Source: an uncultured Spirochaetaceae bacterium
GTDB lineage: Bacteria; Spirochaetota; Spirochaetia; SZUA-6; Bin103
Assembly (NCBI GenBank): GCA_964618015.1
Contig: CAZTZA010000004.1
Span: 1,440-65,439 of the forward strand
Length of the DNA: 64,000 nucleotides
Direction of reading: 5' to 3'
The notes below the pieces were generated by a model. It was not told where the DNA came from, ran no database searches, and saw nothing but the letters and a program-made list of their open reading frames with translations. Positions 9,236 to 18,149 of this stretch are shown in pieces. The position numbers and the translations under genes were made by a program. How positions within the stretch are numbered: position 1 is the stretch's first letter; each line of letters begins with the position of its first letter.

Positions 9236-10222
9236 TCAGACCGCCTCGCGAATGCGAGGGTCAGTCATTACAAGCAGGATGTCAGAGATCAGGGTACCGA
9301 GTACGGTTAGGCTGCTAAGCACCATCACAATGCTTCCGGCTAGAAACATGTCCTGGCTAAGCAGTGCTTCTACGAACAGCGGCGCCACCGTGGGCAGGCC
9401 CATGACTAGCGATACCAGAAGTTCGCCTGACACCAACGCTGGCAATGTCCAGCCGATTGTGCTGATTATCGGGTTGAGTGCGATCCGTACCGGATATCGA
9501 AACAGAAGGCGTTGTTCTGATACGCCTTTAGCTCTGGCAACAGTAACGTAGAGCTTACGCAGTTCATCAAGCAAACTGGCGCGTACTACCCTGATTAGCG
9601 CTGCTGTTCCAGCAGTGGCAACGATTAAAGCGGGCATCCAAAGGTGTTTTATTAGGTCAATTAGCTTAGCAAGGCTCCACGGTTCCATGGCGTACTCAGG
9701 GGAGAACAGGCCGATTGCTGCGTTACCGGTAGCCGCGAAAGTTAACCATAGGAGTATCAGTGCGAAGAGGAAATTGGGGATCGCTAATCCTAGGAAGCCG
9801 ATAAAGGTAAATAGATAGTCACCCGGCGAGTACTGGCGAGTAGCAGAATAAATGCCAATAGGCAGCCCTATCAGATAGACTAGAACAAGTGAACTGATCG
9901 AGATCGCAAGACTCAGTGGTAGTCTATCTCCGATCAGTTCGGTGACCCTCATATTGTGGGCCATGGATCGTCCGAAATCACCCTGTAGGACACCCCAGAT
10001 CCACTTAAGGTATTGCGCATACACTGGGCGTTGCAGGCCGTAACGGACTTCCAGCGCTTCTATTCTAGCGTCGTCAAGTGCATCACCCCGCTGGCGCAGT
10101 TGTTCGATATAGTTGTCCAGGTAGTCGCCGGGAGGGAGTTGGATTATCAAGAATGAGAGGATCGAGATACCAAAGAGCGTTATGATCATGAGCCTTACTC
10201 GGCGAAAGATAGCTCGAATCAT
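9236..10222 (-). CDS. ABC transporter permease, OppB/DppB-like
   Basis: 'MIRAIFRRVRLMIITLFGISILSFLIIQLPPGDY' is the classic OppB N-terminus. Its stop abuts the start of the downstream permease. Confidence 0.8.
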   Translation of the reverse strand: MIRAIFRRVRLMIITLFGISILSFLIIQLPPGDYLDNYIEQLRQRGDALDDARIEALEVRYGLQRPVYAQYLKWIWGVLQGDFGRSMAHNMRVTELIGDRLPLSLAISISSLVLVYLIGLPIGIYSATRQYSPGDYLFTFIGFLGLAIPNFLFALILLWLTFAATGNAAIGLFSPEYAMEPWSLAKLIDLIKHLWMPALIVATAGTAALIRVVRASLLDELRKLYVTVARAKGVSEQRLLFRYPVRIALNPIISTIGWTLPALVSGELLVSLVMGLPTVAPLFVEALLSQDMFLAGSIVMVLSSLTVLGTLISDILLVMTDPRIREAV

Positions 10223-10572
10223 TGTTCTATAAGCCCGATAGAACCGATCATGTCATAGTTCATAGCATGGCTGTTGACATCGCATCGACCCCGTTGCTGC
10301 CTTGATTGGAACCTTCAATTCTGGGAATCTGGACAATATACTTCAAACAAAGGTCATCGTCAGGGGCTATCTCAATTTTCCGATAAGGTACGGTTGGTGA
10401 CCGTAATTCATGATTATCTATGAGGCTCAGGATAGCTGAGCTCGTTATATAGGGTTGGCGTCTTCTCGTAAGTTTAGAGTTATCACCAAGATGAATCCGG
10501 TATGTTTCTATTCGATTGAAGTGTTCTACTCCCGGTGGTGCAAGAAGCTTCCACCAGCTAAAGTTGAATTCC

Positions 10573-12009
10573 ATGAACATTGGTAACCGTAAACAGCTGC
10601 TTGTAGATAATTATGTGGTCGAAGATACGTGGAATCTTAAAAGGGTTGTCACAAGGCCGGTTAAGCACCACAAAAACCCGGTACTGTTAGCAGATCAGCC
10701 GTGGGAGGATTACAGTCGCCCTGGTCATCGGAGCAATAACAAGAGTCTGCATGCTACCGCTGTGCTGTACGATCAAGACGAAGGGTTATTTAAGCTTTGG
10801 TATAATTCTTCTCATTTTGTGCACTGGAACAGTCCTGAGGACAACACTTTTACTTATTGGATTGGCTACGCGACCTCTCAAGATGGGCTGGTATGGGAGA
10901 AGCCTAACGTTGGCTTGTTTGATTTTAACGGATCTAAGGAAAACAATGTTGTCCTTACAGGTGAATGGTGGGCGACTGGCGGTACGGTGCTTAAGGAGAA
11001 TCATGAGACTGATCCATCACGACGCTATAAACTGCTTTACACTGATATTTTTGGGGTTCAATCCCCAGAACGACTAGTTGAAGACGCGAAGGCTCACAAG
11101 CTGCGTCCCGGGATTTGTATTGCTTACTCGCCTGATGGAGTCCATTGGACTCCTCATGGAACTAATCCTGTAATCGAGGGTGAGTCCGATACGATGAACA
11201 CCATGTTCTGGGATGAACAACTTGAACGCTATGTCCTCTTCATGCGCCCACCCGTTTATGCCGGGCGTTGGAAGCGTCGTGTGGCACGTGCAGAGAGCCC
11301 TGATCTCATCAGATGGAGCTTCCCCGAGACGGTGGTAACACCCGATGAGCTTGATCCAGTCGAGATGTATGGAATGCCAGTGTTTCCTTACGAAGGGATC
11401 TATTTCGGGTTGTTGCAGATGTACTATTCTGACACTTCGATGACCATCGATACGCAATTGACTTTCAGTCGTGACGGAATTCTGTGGGATCGTTTGCCGA
11501 CACGTGAGACCTTTATGGAGCGAGGGATCGAACACGGTCAAGCGCGAGAATTTGATCGTGGGATGTTGTTTCCATTGCCTCCGGTCACTGTTGGAGATGA
11601 GTTGTGGTTTTACTACACTGGCCATAATGTCCTCCACAATGAGAAATCCGGATCTAATGAAAGTTCTGTTGGTTTAGCCATACTCAAACGCGATCGCTTT
11701 ATTGCCCGGACGCCTGTTCGTCCAAATGATGGGGTCTTGGTGACCAAGTCGTTTCCGTGTGAAGGGGACGAACTTTCAATAAACGCGTCAGCGTCGAATG
11801 GGCAAATTCAGGTAGAAGTGCTTACTGAAGCTGGAGAGGTCGTTGAAGGATTCGGCCGTGACGAGTGTCAACCATTCAAGAGCGATTCGTTCTCTCACTC
11901 TGTGCAGTGGAAGCGGGGAGCTCTGTCCTCCATTCGTGGCACAAGGATTCGGTTTAAATTTTTTCTAAACGAGGCTAGCTTGTACGCGTTCCAAGTCATG
12001 GAGCGGTAG
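10573..12009 (+). CDS. Putative glycoside hydrolase, five-bladed β-propeller fold (GH43/GH32-clan-like) with a C-terminal β-sandwich
   Basis: Repeated 'W..dG..W' blade-like motifs, acidic residues in the 'LLVDNYVVED' N-terminal blade, and the overall ~480 aa architecture. Family not resolved from sequence alone. Confidence 0.4.
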   Translation: MNIGNRKQLLVDNYVVEDTWNLKRVVTRPVKHHKNPVLLADQPWEDYSRPGHRSNNKSLHATAVLYDQDEGLFKLWYNSSHFVHWNSPEDNTFTYWIGYATSQDGLVWEKPNVGLFDFNGSKENNVVLTGEWWATGGTVLKENHETDPSRRYKLLYTDIFGVQSPERLVEDAKAHKLRPGICIAYSPDGVHWTPHGTNPVIEGESDTMNTMFWDEQLERYVLFMRPPVYAGRWKRRVARAESPDLIRWSFPETVVTPDELDPVEMYGMPVFPYEGIYFGLLQMYYSDTSMTIDTQLTFSRDGILWDRLPTRETFMERGIEHGQAREFDRGMLFPLPPVTVGDELWFYYTGHNVLHNEKSGSNESSVGLAILKRDRFIARTPVRPNDGVLVTKSFPCEGDELSINASASNGQIQVEVLTEAGEVVEGFGRDECQPFKSDSFSHSVQWKRGALSSIRGTRIRFKFFLNEASLYAFQVMER

Positions 12010-12042
12010 TAGCGCTTTCTATCTGATCCCGGCTGGATTTGA

Positions 12043-13095
12043 TTAGATTCTCCTGCGTTCCATGAGCCGCGTGAAAGACGCGGTAGCTGGGATATTTGCT
12101 AACACGATTCGTAATGCGGCGGTCATCGGTATCGCTAGTAGGGCTCCAGTTACTCCCCATAGCCATCCCCAGAAGAAGAGGGAGATGAATACTACCAGTA
12201 GGGATAAGTTCAAGGCGTCGCCGAGTAGTTTTGGCTCAAGGATGGTGCCAGTTAGGATCTGGGCGGCTGTTACACAAGCAACTACAGCAAAGGGGGTTAT
12301 CCCGCCGCCGAATTGGGCAAAGGAGAACAACGACACAGCGGCAACAGCACCAATAGATCCGATACTAGGAATGAAGTTGAGCAGGAAGGTGAGCAATCCC
12401 CAGACCACTGCAAATTGGACACCAAAGGCGAGCAAGATCAGGGTAGTTGTCGTGCCGATCGCAAGGCTGATCAATGTCTTAACGCTGATAAATCGGCGTA
12501 GTGATCGATCAATATCATGTAGCATTGCTGGTACCAGGCTGTCTGGCTTCGGAAAGGCATCATTTATTCTGCGTGCCAGCCGGTGTTTCGCGGATAAAAA
12601 TAGCAGTGCGAATAGGAATACCAGGAGAAACGAGGTCAAGCCTCGGAAGACTGATCGCACAGCACCGAGTGCCAACGACGAAAGTGAAGAGTTGCGCAGC
12701 GCCTGGCGTAGCTCGTGTAGAGGATCAAAGGAGTGTTCGACACCAGTGATACTTGCCACAGTCGTGACTAGGCCGCCACTTAAATTGTCGATTATTTCTA
12801 TAATGCGTGGCTGATAGTCTGGAAAGCCACGACTGAACTCAACCAGGCTTGCGTAGATGATCACGCCGATACTTCCGATTATGGATAGTGACAATATTCC
12901 CGCGAGAGGTACTGCCGCCCATAAAGGCAGGCCTATATGGGTACGCATAACCATAAGAAGTGGGTCAATTAGATAAGCTAACAATAATGCCACGAGGAAG
13001 AGAGTGAGGACCGGCTGTAACAGGTCCAACGCCACCCCTAAAGTTATAACGACAACGATGAACAAGAGAATGTTTATAGTGCGGATTTGGCTCAC
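12043..13095 (-). CDS. AI-2E family transporter (PerM/UPF0118 permease)
   Basis: Eight-TM protein with the typical N-terminal 'ILLFIVVVITLGVAL' region and a C-terminal 'PLLVVFISLFFWGWLWGVTGALLAIPMTAAL'-type segment. Confidence 0.75.
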   Translation of the reverse strand: MSQIRTINILLFIVVVITLGVALDLLQPVLTLFLVALLLAYLIDPLLMVMRTHIGLPLWAAVPLAGILSLSIIGSIGVIIYASLVEFSRGFPDYQPRIIEIIDNLSGGLVTTVASITGVEHSFDPLHELRQALRNSSLSSLALGAVRSVFRGLTSFLLVFLFALLFLSAKHRLARRINDAFPKPDSLVPAMLHDIDRSLRRFISVKTLISLAIGTTTTLILLAFGVQFAVVWGLLTFLLNFIPSIGSIGAVAAVSLFSFAQFGGGITPFAVVACVTAAQILTGTILEPKLLGDALNLSLLVVFISLFFWGWLWGVTGALLAIPMTAALRIVLANIPATASFTRLMERRRI

Positions 13096-13142
13096 GGATA
13101 GGTAGCATATCCTGCTAATCGTTCGGGTTACACTCTATTCTT

Positions 13143-13541
13143 ATGGGTAGTGTCTTTAGTCGTATAATTTCTGGGGAATTTCCTGCACATTTTGTGTGGA
13201 AGGATGAACGGTGTGTGGCCTTCCTGTCGATTAACCCTCTTGGCCCAGGCCATACGTTGGTCGTACCTCGTACTGAGGTTGACCACTGGATCGACCTTGA
13301 CGGTCAGACGTTGAAAGTACTAATGCAGGTGTCACAGACTGTAGCCCGTGCTTTACAGGTTGCATTCAATCCCACCAAAGTCGGGTTAATGATTGCTGGG
13401 CTCGAGGTGCCGCACGTTCATGTTCATCTCTGCCCTATCGACGGGCCCCATGATCTTGATTTGGCAAAAGCAGGGTCGAATCCGGGAGATACTGTCTTGG
13501 CAGAAATAGCTGCGCGGATCTCTGCTGAACTTCCTCAGTAG
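13143..13541 (+). CDS. HIT family (histidine triad) nucleotide hydrolase
   Basis: Histidine triad 'VPHVHVHLCP' and upstream 'PLGPGHTLVVPR'. Confidence 0.85.
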   Translation: MGSVFSRIISGEFPAHFVWKDERCVAFLSINPLGPGHTLVVPRTEVDHWIDLDGQTLKVLMQVSQTVARALQVAFNPTKVGLMIAGLEVPHVHVHLCPIDGPHDLDLAKAGSNPGDTVLAEIAARISAELPQ

Positions 13542-13560
13542 TCAACTGGAGTTAGATTAG

Positions 13561-14259
13561 ATGAATTTTCTAGGAACTCTTTCTGATGGATCTTATCGAG
13601 GACGCGGATTAGCGTTGGGTTTGGCGCCAGACGGTGAGCAATTAGCAATTGTCTACTGGATAACGGGTCGGAGTGCACGTAGCCGCAATCGACGGTTGGT
13701 AGAATTGACCAATGGTACTTTGTGCACAGAATTCATTGATACTACTCGTCGTGACAATCCAGCGTTAGTAGTTTACCCGCTACTGATGAATCTTGGAGTC
13801 ACTTACGCGATCAGTAATGGAGAACATACCAAGCCAATTTTGGAGGCTGTGAATTCCGGAGACACTCTGGAGCGCGCGATCCAGGAGTGGACAGTCGAGC
13901 CTGATGAACTCAACACGCCGCGGATCGTAGGGACTGCATCTGACAAATCGCCCGATTCATGCCGTATCGGGTTGGTGCGCACGAGTGTTAGTACTGTGAG
14001 AACAGAGACGGAGCGCTGTGTGTTTTGCTACAGCTGTCTGTTGCCAGGATCTGGGCGCTGCATTTCTACCTATGCCGGTGGTTCTATGGAGCCTACACCT
14101 TTTGTGGGGGATCCTTTGAGTGTGACTTTCGAGGGCAACGTGGATGCGACCTGTGCGCGATTTCGGGACGCTTTGGCCGGTCCTCTATTGGTTAGCGTTG
14201 CTGCTCGTTTCGTTGGGCACGGCAAATGCTATACCGCTATAGCTAACCTGCAGGAGTGA
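13561..14259 (+). CDS. purO: IMP cyclohydrolase, archaeal PurO-type (IMP_cyclohyd family)
   Basis: 'AISNGEHT' corresponds to PurO 'VVSNGSHT', and 'EPDELNTPRIVGTA' to PurO 'EKDELNTPRIAAA'. Length ~230 aa. This rests on my recollection of archaeal PurO sequences. Confidence 0.55.
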   Translation: MNFLGTLSDGSYRGRGLALGLAPDGEQLAIVYWITGRSARSRNRRLVELTNGTLCTEFIDTTRRDNPALVVYPLLMNLGVTYAISNGEHTKPILEAVNSGDTLERAIQEWTVEPDELNTPRIVGTASDKSPDSCRIGLVRTSVSTVRTETERCVFCYSCLLPGSGRCISTYAGGSMEPTPFVGDPLSVTFEGNVDATCARFRDALAGPLLVSVAARFVGHGKCYTAIANLQE

Positions 14260-14265
14260 GTTCCG

Positions 14266-15243
14266 TTGATAGCAGTTATTGTTGACAACGATAAGAATAA
14301 AACGCTCCTTTGTAAGGAAATAGATGACCCTATTCAGCCCTCGGATGGCTACGTTCTAGTTGATGTAGCAGCCACTGCGGTAAATCGTGCTGATCTTTTA
14401 CAACGAGCTGGTCGGTATCCACCGCCTCTGGGGGCTCCTGAAACCTTAGGCTTAGAGATTGCTGGTCGAATCAGTCAGATTGGTGAGGCCGTAACTGGCT
14501 GGTCAGTTGGTGACCGAGTCTGCGCAATCGTTACTGGGGGCGGCTACGCAGAACGTTGTTGGGTCCATGCTGGTAGTCTGATGATGGTTCCGGAGCCTCT
14601 CTCACTATTAGAGGCTGCTGCAGTGCCGGAGGCATTTTTGACCGCGTTCGTGAACCTCTTCGAAGAGGCTCAGTTGAACCCGGGCGAGTCGGTCTTAATC
14701 CATGGAGGCGCTAGCGGAGTGGGTACGGCAGCGATCCAGCTTGCGGTAGCTTCTGGTTGCCGTGTAGCGGTAACGGCGCGGGATGAACGCAAGCTCGAAG
14801 CGTGCCGCAGTTTAGGTGCGGAGCTTACTATCGACCATACCAGACAGAATTTTGCCGCTGTAATTGAGGAGACTTGGGGAGGCGTTGATGTGATTCTCGA
14901 CATAGTCGGCGCTGACTACGTAGCACGTAATCTAAGTTCGCTCAGGACTCAAGGTCGGATGGTGCTAATAGCAACTTTGAGCGGCGGTGTAGCTACCGTT
15001 GACTTGACAAAAATGATGCAAAACCGATTGCGCTTGGTAGGCTCTGTTTTACGTGCACGATCGGATTCGGAAAAAGCAAAAATCACAGCCGGATTCACGA
15101 GTCATTTTCTTCCAATGTTCTGCAAAGGTCAGCTGAAGCCCGTTATTGATCGCACGTTTCCAATCCGCGCGGTGCAAGAAGCTCACACAGTTGTAGAGCA
15201 CTTCCAAAATGTGGGTAAAGTTGTTATGTCGGTCCTGGGGTAG
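14266..15243 (+). CDS. NAD(P)H:quinone oxidoreductase, MDR family (Qor/PIG3-like)
   Basis: 'GYVLVDVAATAVNRADLLQRAGRYPPP' and the NADPH-binding 'LIHGGASGVGTAAIQLA'. Confidence 0.8.
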   Translation: MIAVIVDNDKNKTLLCKEIDDPIQPSDGYVLVDVAATAVNRADLLQRAGRYPPPLGAPETLGLEIAGRISQIGEAVTGWSVGDRVCAIVTGGGYAERCWVHAGSLMMVPEPLSLLEAAAVPEAFLTAFVNLFEEAQLNPGESVLIHGGASGVGTAAIQLAVASGCRVAVTARDERKLEACRSLGAELTIDHTRQNFAAVIEETWGGVDVILDIVGADYVARNLSSLRTQGRMVLIATLSGGVATVDLTKMMQNRLRLVGSVLRARSDSEKAKITAGFTSHFLPMFCKGQLKPVIDRTFPIRAVQEAHTVVEHFQNVGKVVMSVLG

Positions 15244-15257
15244 AATCACGTCTGGTT

Positions 15258-15680
15258 ATGGCACTAGTGAAAGCAAGCGGTGCAGTTATCTTTCGGCAGA
15301 CTGACAGTAATTTGGAGTTTCTTATAGTGGAATCTCGGCTACGGGCTGGTTCCTGGGGATTGGTCAAGGGAAAAATAGAGGAGGGGGAGACTGAATATCA
15401 GGCGGCTCAGAGGGAGATCGTTGAGGAGGTCGGGCTGAGTTCTCTCATATTTTTAACTGGATTTCGAGAGGAAGTACGCTACACTTTACCTTCAGGCGAT
15501 GAGAAGGTAGTGGTCTATTTCCTTTCAGAAGCACATGAGCTGGAAATTACCCTCCAAGAAGAGGAGCTGTCTGACTATCGTTGGATCTCTTATCCTATTA
15601 TTTGTAAGGCATTAAGTTTTCCAGACACATGTCGCGTGGTCAAGAATGCAGTCTCCTACTTAGATAGGATATGCCCGTGA
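15258..15680 (+). CDS. NUDIX hydrolase
   Basis: Nudix box 'GKIEEGETEYQAAQREIVEEVGL' (GX5EX7REUXEEXGU). Confidence 0.8.
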   Translation: MALVKASGAVIFRQTDSNLEFLIVESRLRAGSWGLVKGKIEEGETEYQAAQREIVEEVGLSSLIFLTGFREEVRYTLPSGDEKVVVYFLSEAHELEITLQEEELSDYRWISYPIICKALSFPDTCRVVKNAVSYLDRICP

Positions 15681-16660
15681 GCAAGATATCTGATCACTCA
15701 CTTCAGCGCCCACAGGCCGAGGAGCTCGACAAGATTCTGGGCCATCGACTACAGGTGCTGGATGATGGATTTATCCGAGTTGTTGACTATCTCGGTAACG
15801 ACAGCGCGATCGTTCAAGCGGCTCGAGTCTCTTACGGTGAGGGGACTCGTCGCGTAAGTGATGACCGTGGTCTGTTTCGTTACCTGATGCGTCACCACCA
15901 CACTACGCCGTTTGAAATGTGCGAGGTGAAGCTACACGTTCGGGTTCCGATGGATGCGTGGAGACAGTGGATTCGCCACCGGACAGCGTCGGTCAACGAA
16001 ATTTCGACGCGCTATTCTATTGCAATCGATGCTGCTCAGATTACGCAGCCTACTGAGTGGCGCACACAAGCAGTTGGTAATCGGCAGGGATCAGGTGGTC
16101 CGGTGGACGAATCAATGGGGTTGCGACTTACTGCGACGGAAGCAGAGATACAACGGCAGGCACGTGCAGTTTATCAGGAGCGCTTGGAATTGGGCGTGGC
16201 ACGGGAGCAAGCGCGCAAAGATCTTCCACTTTCCACTTATACCGAGGCTTACTGGAAGATTGACTTGCACAATCTGGTCCATTTTTTAGCGCTTCGTATG
16301 CATGATCATGCTCAGTACGAAATTCGCAGCTATGCACATCTTATCGGCTTTCAGGTGGTTGCACGCTGGTGTCCGTTAGCGTGGGAGGCGTTCTGTGATT
16401 ACCGGCTTCATGCGACAGGATGGAGCCGCATAGAGACAGATATCCTCGCTCGCTTAGTTGTAGGCGACGTACAGGGTTCCCTTGCGATAGCACGCGAAGC
16501 GGGTTGGTTGAGGGCGCAACGTGGAGAGACGGGGACTAGTCGTCTGGCGCGTAATCGAGAACGGGCTGAAGCGGAAGTAAAGTTACGAGGGTTAGGTCTA
16601 CAAGTGCCGTGGGATCACCCTGCTTCGGGTCACGACATAGCTGATGAAGGTTCTGGCTAA
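15671..16660 (+). CDS. thyX: FAD-dependent thymidylate synthase ThyX
   Basis: ThyX signature 'RHRTASVNEISTRYS' (RHRxxSxxExSxRY) and 'HHTTPFEMCEVKLHV'. Confidence 0.9.
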   Translation: MPVSKISDHSLQRPQAEELDKILGHRLQVLDDGFIRVVDYLGNDSAIVQAARVSYGEGTRRVSDDRGLFRYLMRHHHTTPFEMCEVKLHVRVPMDAWRQWIRHRTASVNEISTRYSIAIDAAQITQPTEWRTQAVGNRQGSGGPVDESMGLRLTATEAEIQRQARAVYQERLELGVAREQARKDLPLSTYTEAYWKIDLHNLVHFLALRMHDHAQYEIRSYAHLIGFQVVARWCPLAWEAFCDYRLHATGWSRIETDILARLVVGDVQGSLAIAREAGWLRAQRGETGTSRLARNRERAEAEVKLRGLGLQVPWDHPASGHDIADEGSG

Positions 16661-16668
16661 GAGCAAAG

Positions 16669-17235
16669 ATGGACTGGCCACGATGGAATGCGGTTTGGAT
16701 GTTGGCGAGTGTGGCCATTTTGATTGCCGCTATGGGTTGTAGCAACAATAAAAACGACAAGAGCCTTATGCAAGACAACCTACCGATGGCTCCGGATTTT
16801 GTATTTGAGGCCTATCAGGGCGAAGACGAGCTTGGCGGCAAGGAACTTAGTCTAAGCGACGTTATCACTTTGGTTAAACCGATCATCCTTAATTTCTGGG
16901 CAGCTCGTTGCCCTCCCTGTCAGATAGAGATGCCCGAGTTTCAGGAATACTACAATAAGCACCTCAAGAAGGTGCTTATGATCGGGATTGACGTAGGATA
17001 CTTGACCGGCCTAGGTCTACAGGAGGAGGCGATGGCGTTGTTGCAAGTGCTTGAGATCTCCTACCCGAATGTAACTACCGCTGATACCGATATCGCAGAG
17101 GCATATGAGCTCTTGGGATTACCAGCTACCTTTTTCATTAATTCTTCTGGACGCATTGTAGAATCCTGGACCGGCTTACTCACCAAGGAAAAGCTATGGG
17201 AGCTAGCGGGTATGTTGATCGACTCAGAACGGTAG
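16669..17235 (+). CDS. TlpA/ResA-like thiol:disulfide oxidoreductase, probable lipoprotein
   Basis: Thioredoxin-fold 'NFWAARCPPCQIEMPEF' (CxxC) and a lipobox-like 'IAAMGC'. The start could instead be the internal ATG at 16699. Confidence 0.75.
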   Translation: MDWPRWNAVWMLASVAILIAAMGCSNNKNDKSLMQDNLPMAPDFVFEAYQGEDELGGKELSLSDVITLVKPIILNFWAARCPPCQIEMPEFQEYYNKHLKKVLMIGIDVGYLTGLGLQEEAMALLQVLEISYPNVTTADTDIAEAYELLGLPATFFINSSGRIVESWTGLLTKEKLWELAGMLIDSER

Positions 17236-17239
17236 GAAG

Positions 17240-18094
17240 GTGGAAAGTGTAACGAGCGGCGGGCAAGGTGGATCCGGTCAAATTACTTGGTGGTTGGTGA
17301 TCTGGTACTACGTAGTACCGGTGGCAGGAGTTATAGCCGTTGTGTATATACTCACTCTCCTGCAGGCACGAGCGGAAAATGCCGCCACGGAGTTTGCACG
17401 CTCAGTTCAGCTTGGGACAGCGTTCGGAGCGGGCATAGTTGCGAGCGTCAATCCATGCGGCTTCATTATGTTACCTACATACCTGTCGTTGCAGTTAGGC
17501 ACACAGGAGTCAGGGGGCACTAATGAACCTTGGCTTCACCGGGTGGTATCGGTGGTACGCATTTCTGTCGCTACTACGATGGGTTTTATTGGCGTAGTAG
17601 CCCCAGTGGGAGTATTGGTAGCGTTAGCAGGACAGGCGCTTTCGCCAATTTTGCCGTATGCAGCGGTGACGGTAGGATCCGGAATGGTCGGGCTGGCTTT
17701 ATGGCTCCTGGTCTCCGGCCGCAAGCTTGGCATTGCCGCCGCCAGCCGTGTTCATGTAACGCCTAGTCGCAACACAGTGAATGCATTACTGTTTCGCATG
17801 ACGTATTCCATCGCATCGTTGAGCTGCGCTTTGCCAATTTTCCTGTTGGTGGTATCGACCGCACTGACTTCCGGCGGTTTTCTGTCCACGATTGCGCAGT
17901 TCGTGAGCTACGCTCTTGGAATGGGAACGGTAATCACAGTGGTCACTGTCGCTGCTGCAGCACTCCGTAACTCACTATCCCAACATTTGCGCGTGTTAAT
18001 GCCGGTCGCCAACCATGTCGGCGTACTGTTCCTCCTTGGGGCAGGAGCTTATTTGATCTACTATTGGGTATTGATAGCTCCGAACGCCTTTTAG
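17240..18094 (+). CDS. ccdA: Cytochrome c-type biogenesis protein CcdA (DsbD-like transmembrane thiol transfer)
   Basis: Multi-TM protein with the first conserved Cys in 'VNPCGFIMLPTYL' and the second in 'LSCALPIFLL'. GTG start. Confidence 0.7.
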   Translation: MESVTSGGQGGSGQITWWLVIWYYVVPVAGVIAVVYILTLLQARAENAATEFARSVQLGTAFGAGIVASVNPCGFIMLPTYLSLQLGTQESGGTNEPWLHRVVSVVRISVATTMGFIGVVAPVGVLVALAGQALSPILPYAAVTVGSGMVGLALWLLVSGRKLGIAAASRVHVTPSRNTVNALLFRMTYSIASLSCALPIFLLVVSTALTSGGFLSTIAQFVSYALGMGTVITVVTVAAAALRNSLSQHLRVLMPVANHVGVLFLLGAGAYLIYYWVLIAPNAF

Positions 18095-18149
18095 AATCCA
18101 ATGGAGATTAACCGGGCATTTGGAATCTTCCAAAGGTAATCTATTCCTG

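Noticed and set aside
11074-11637. 187-aa minus-strand ORF
   Set aside because: Antisense inside the β-propeller hydrolase gene; no recognisable domain.
12062-12814. 250-aa plus-strand ORF
   Set aside because: Lies entirely antisense within the AI-2E transporter gene. Low-complexity, Arg/Ser/Thr-rich translation typical of spurious ORFs in GC-rich DNA.
15954-16289. 111-aa plus-strand ORF in an alternative frame
   Set aside because: Fully nested in thyX in another frame; Arg-rich low-complexity translation.
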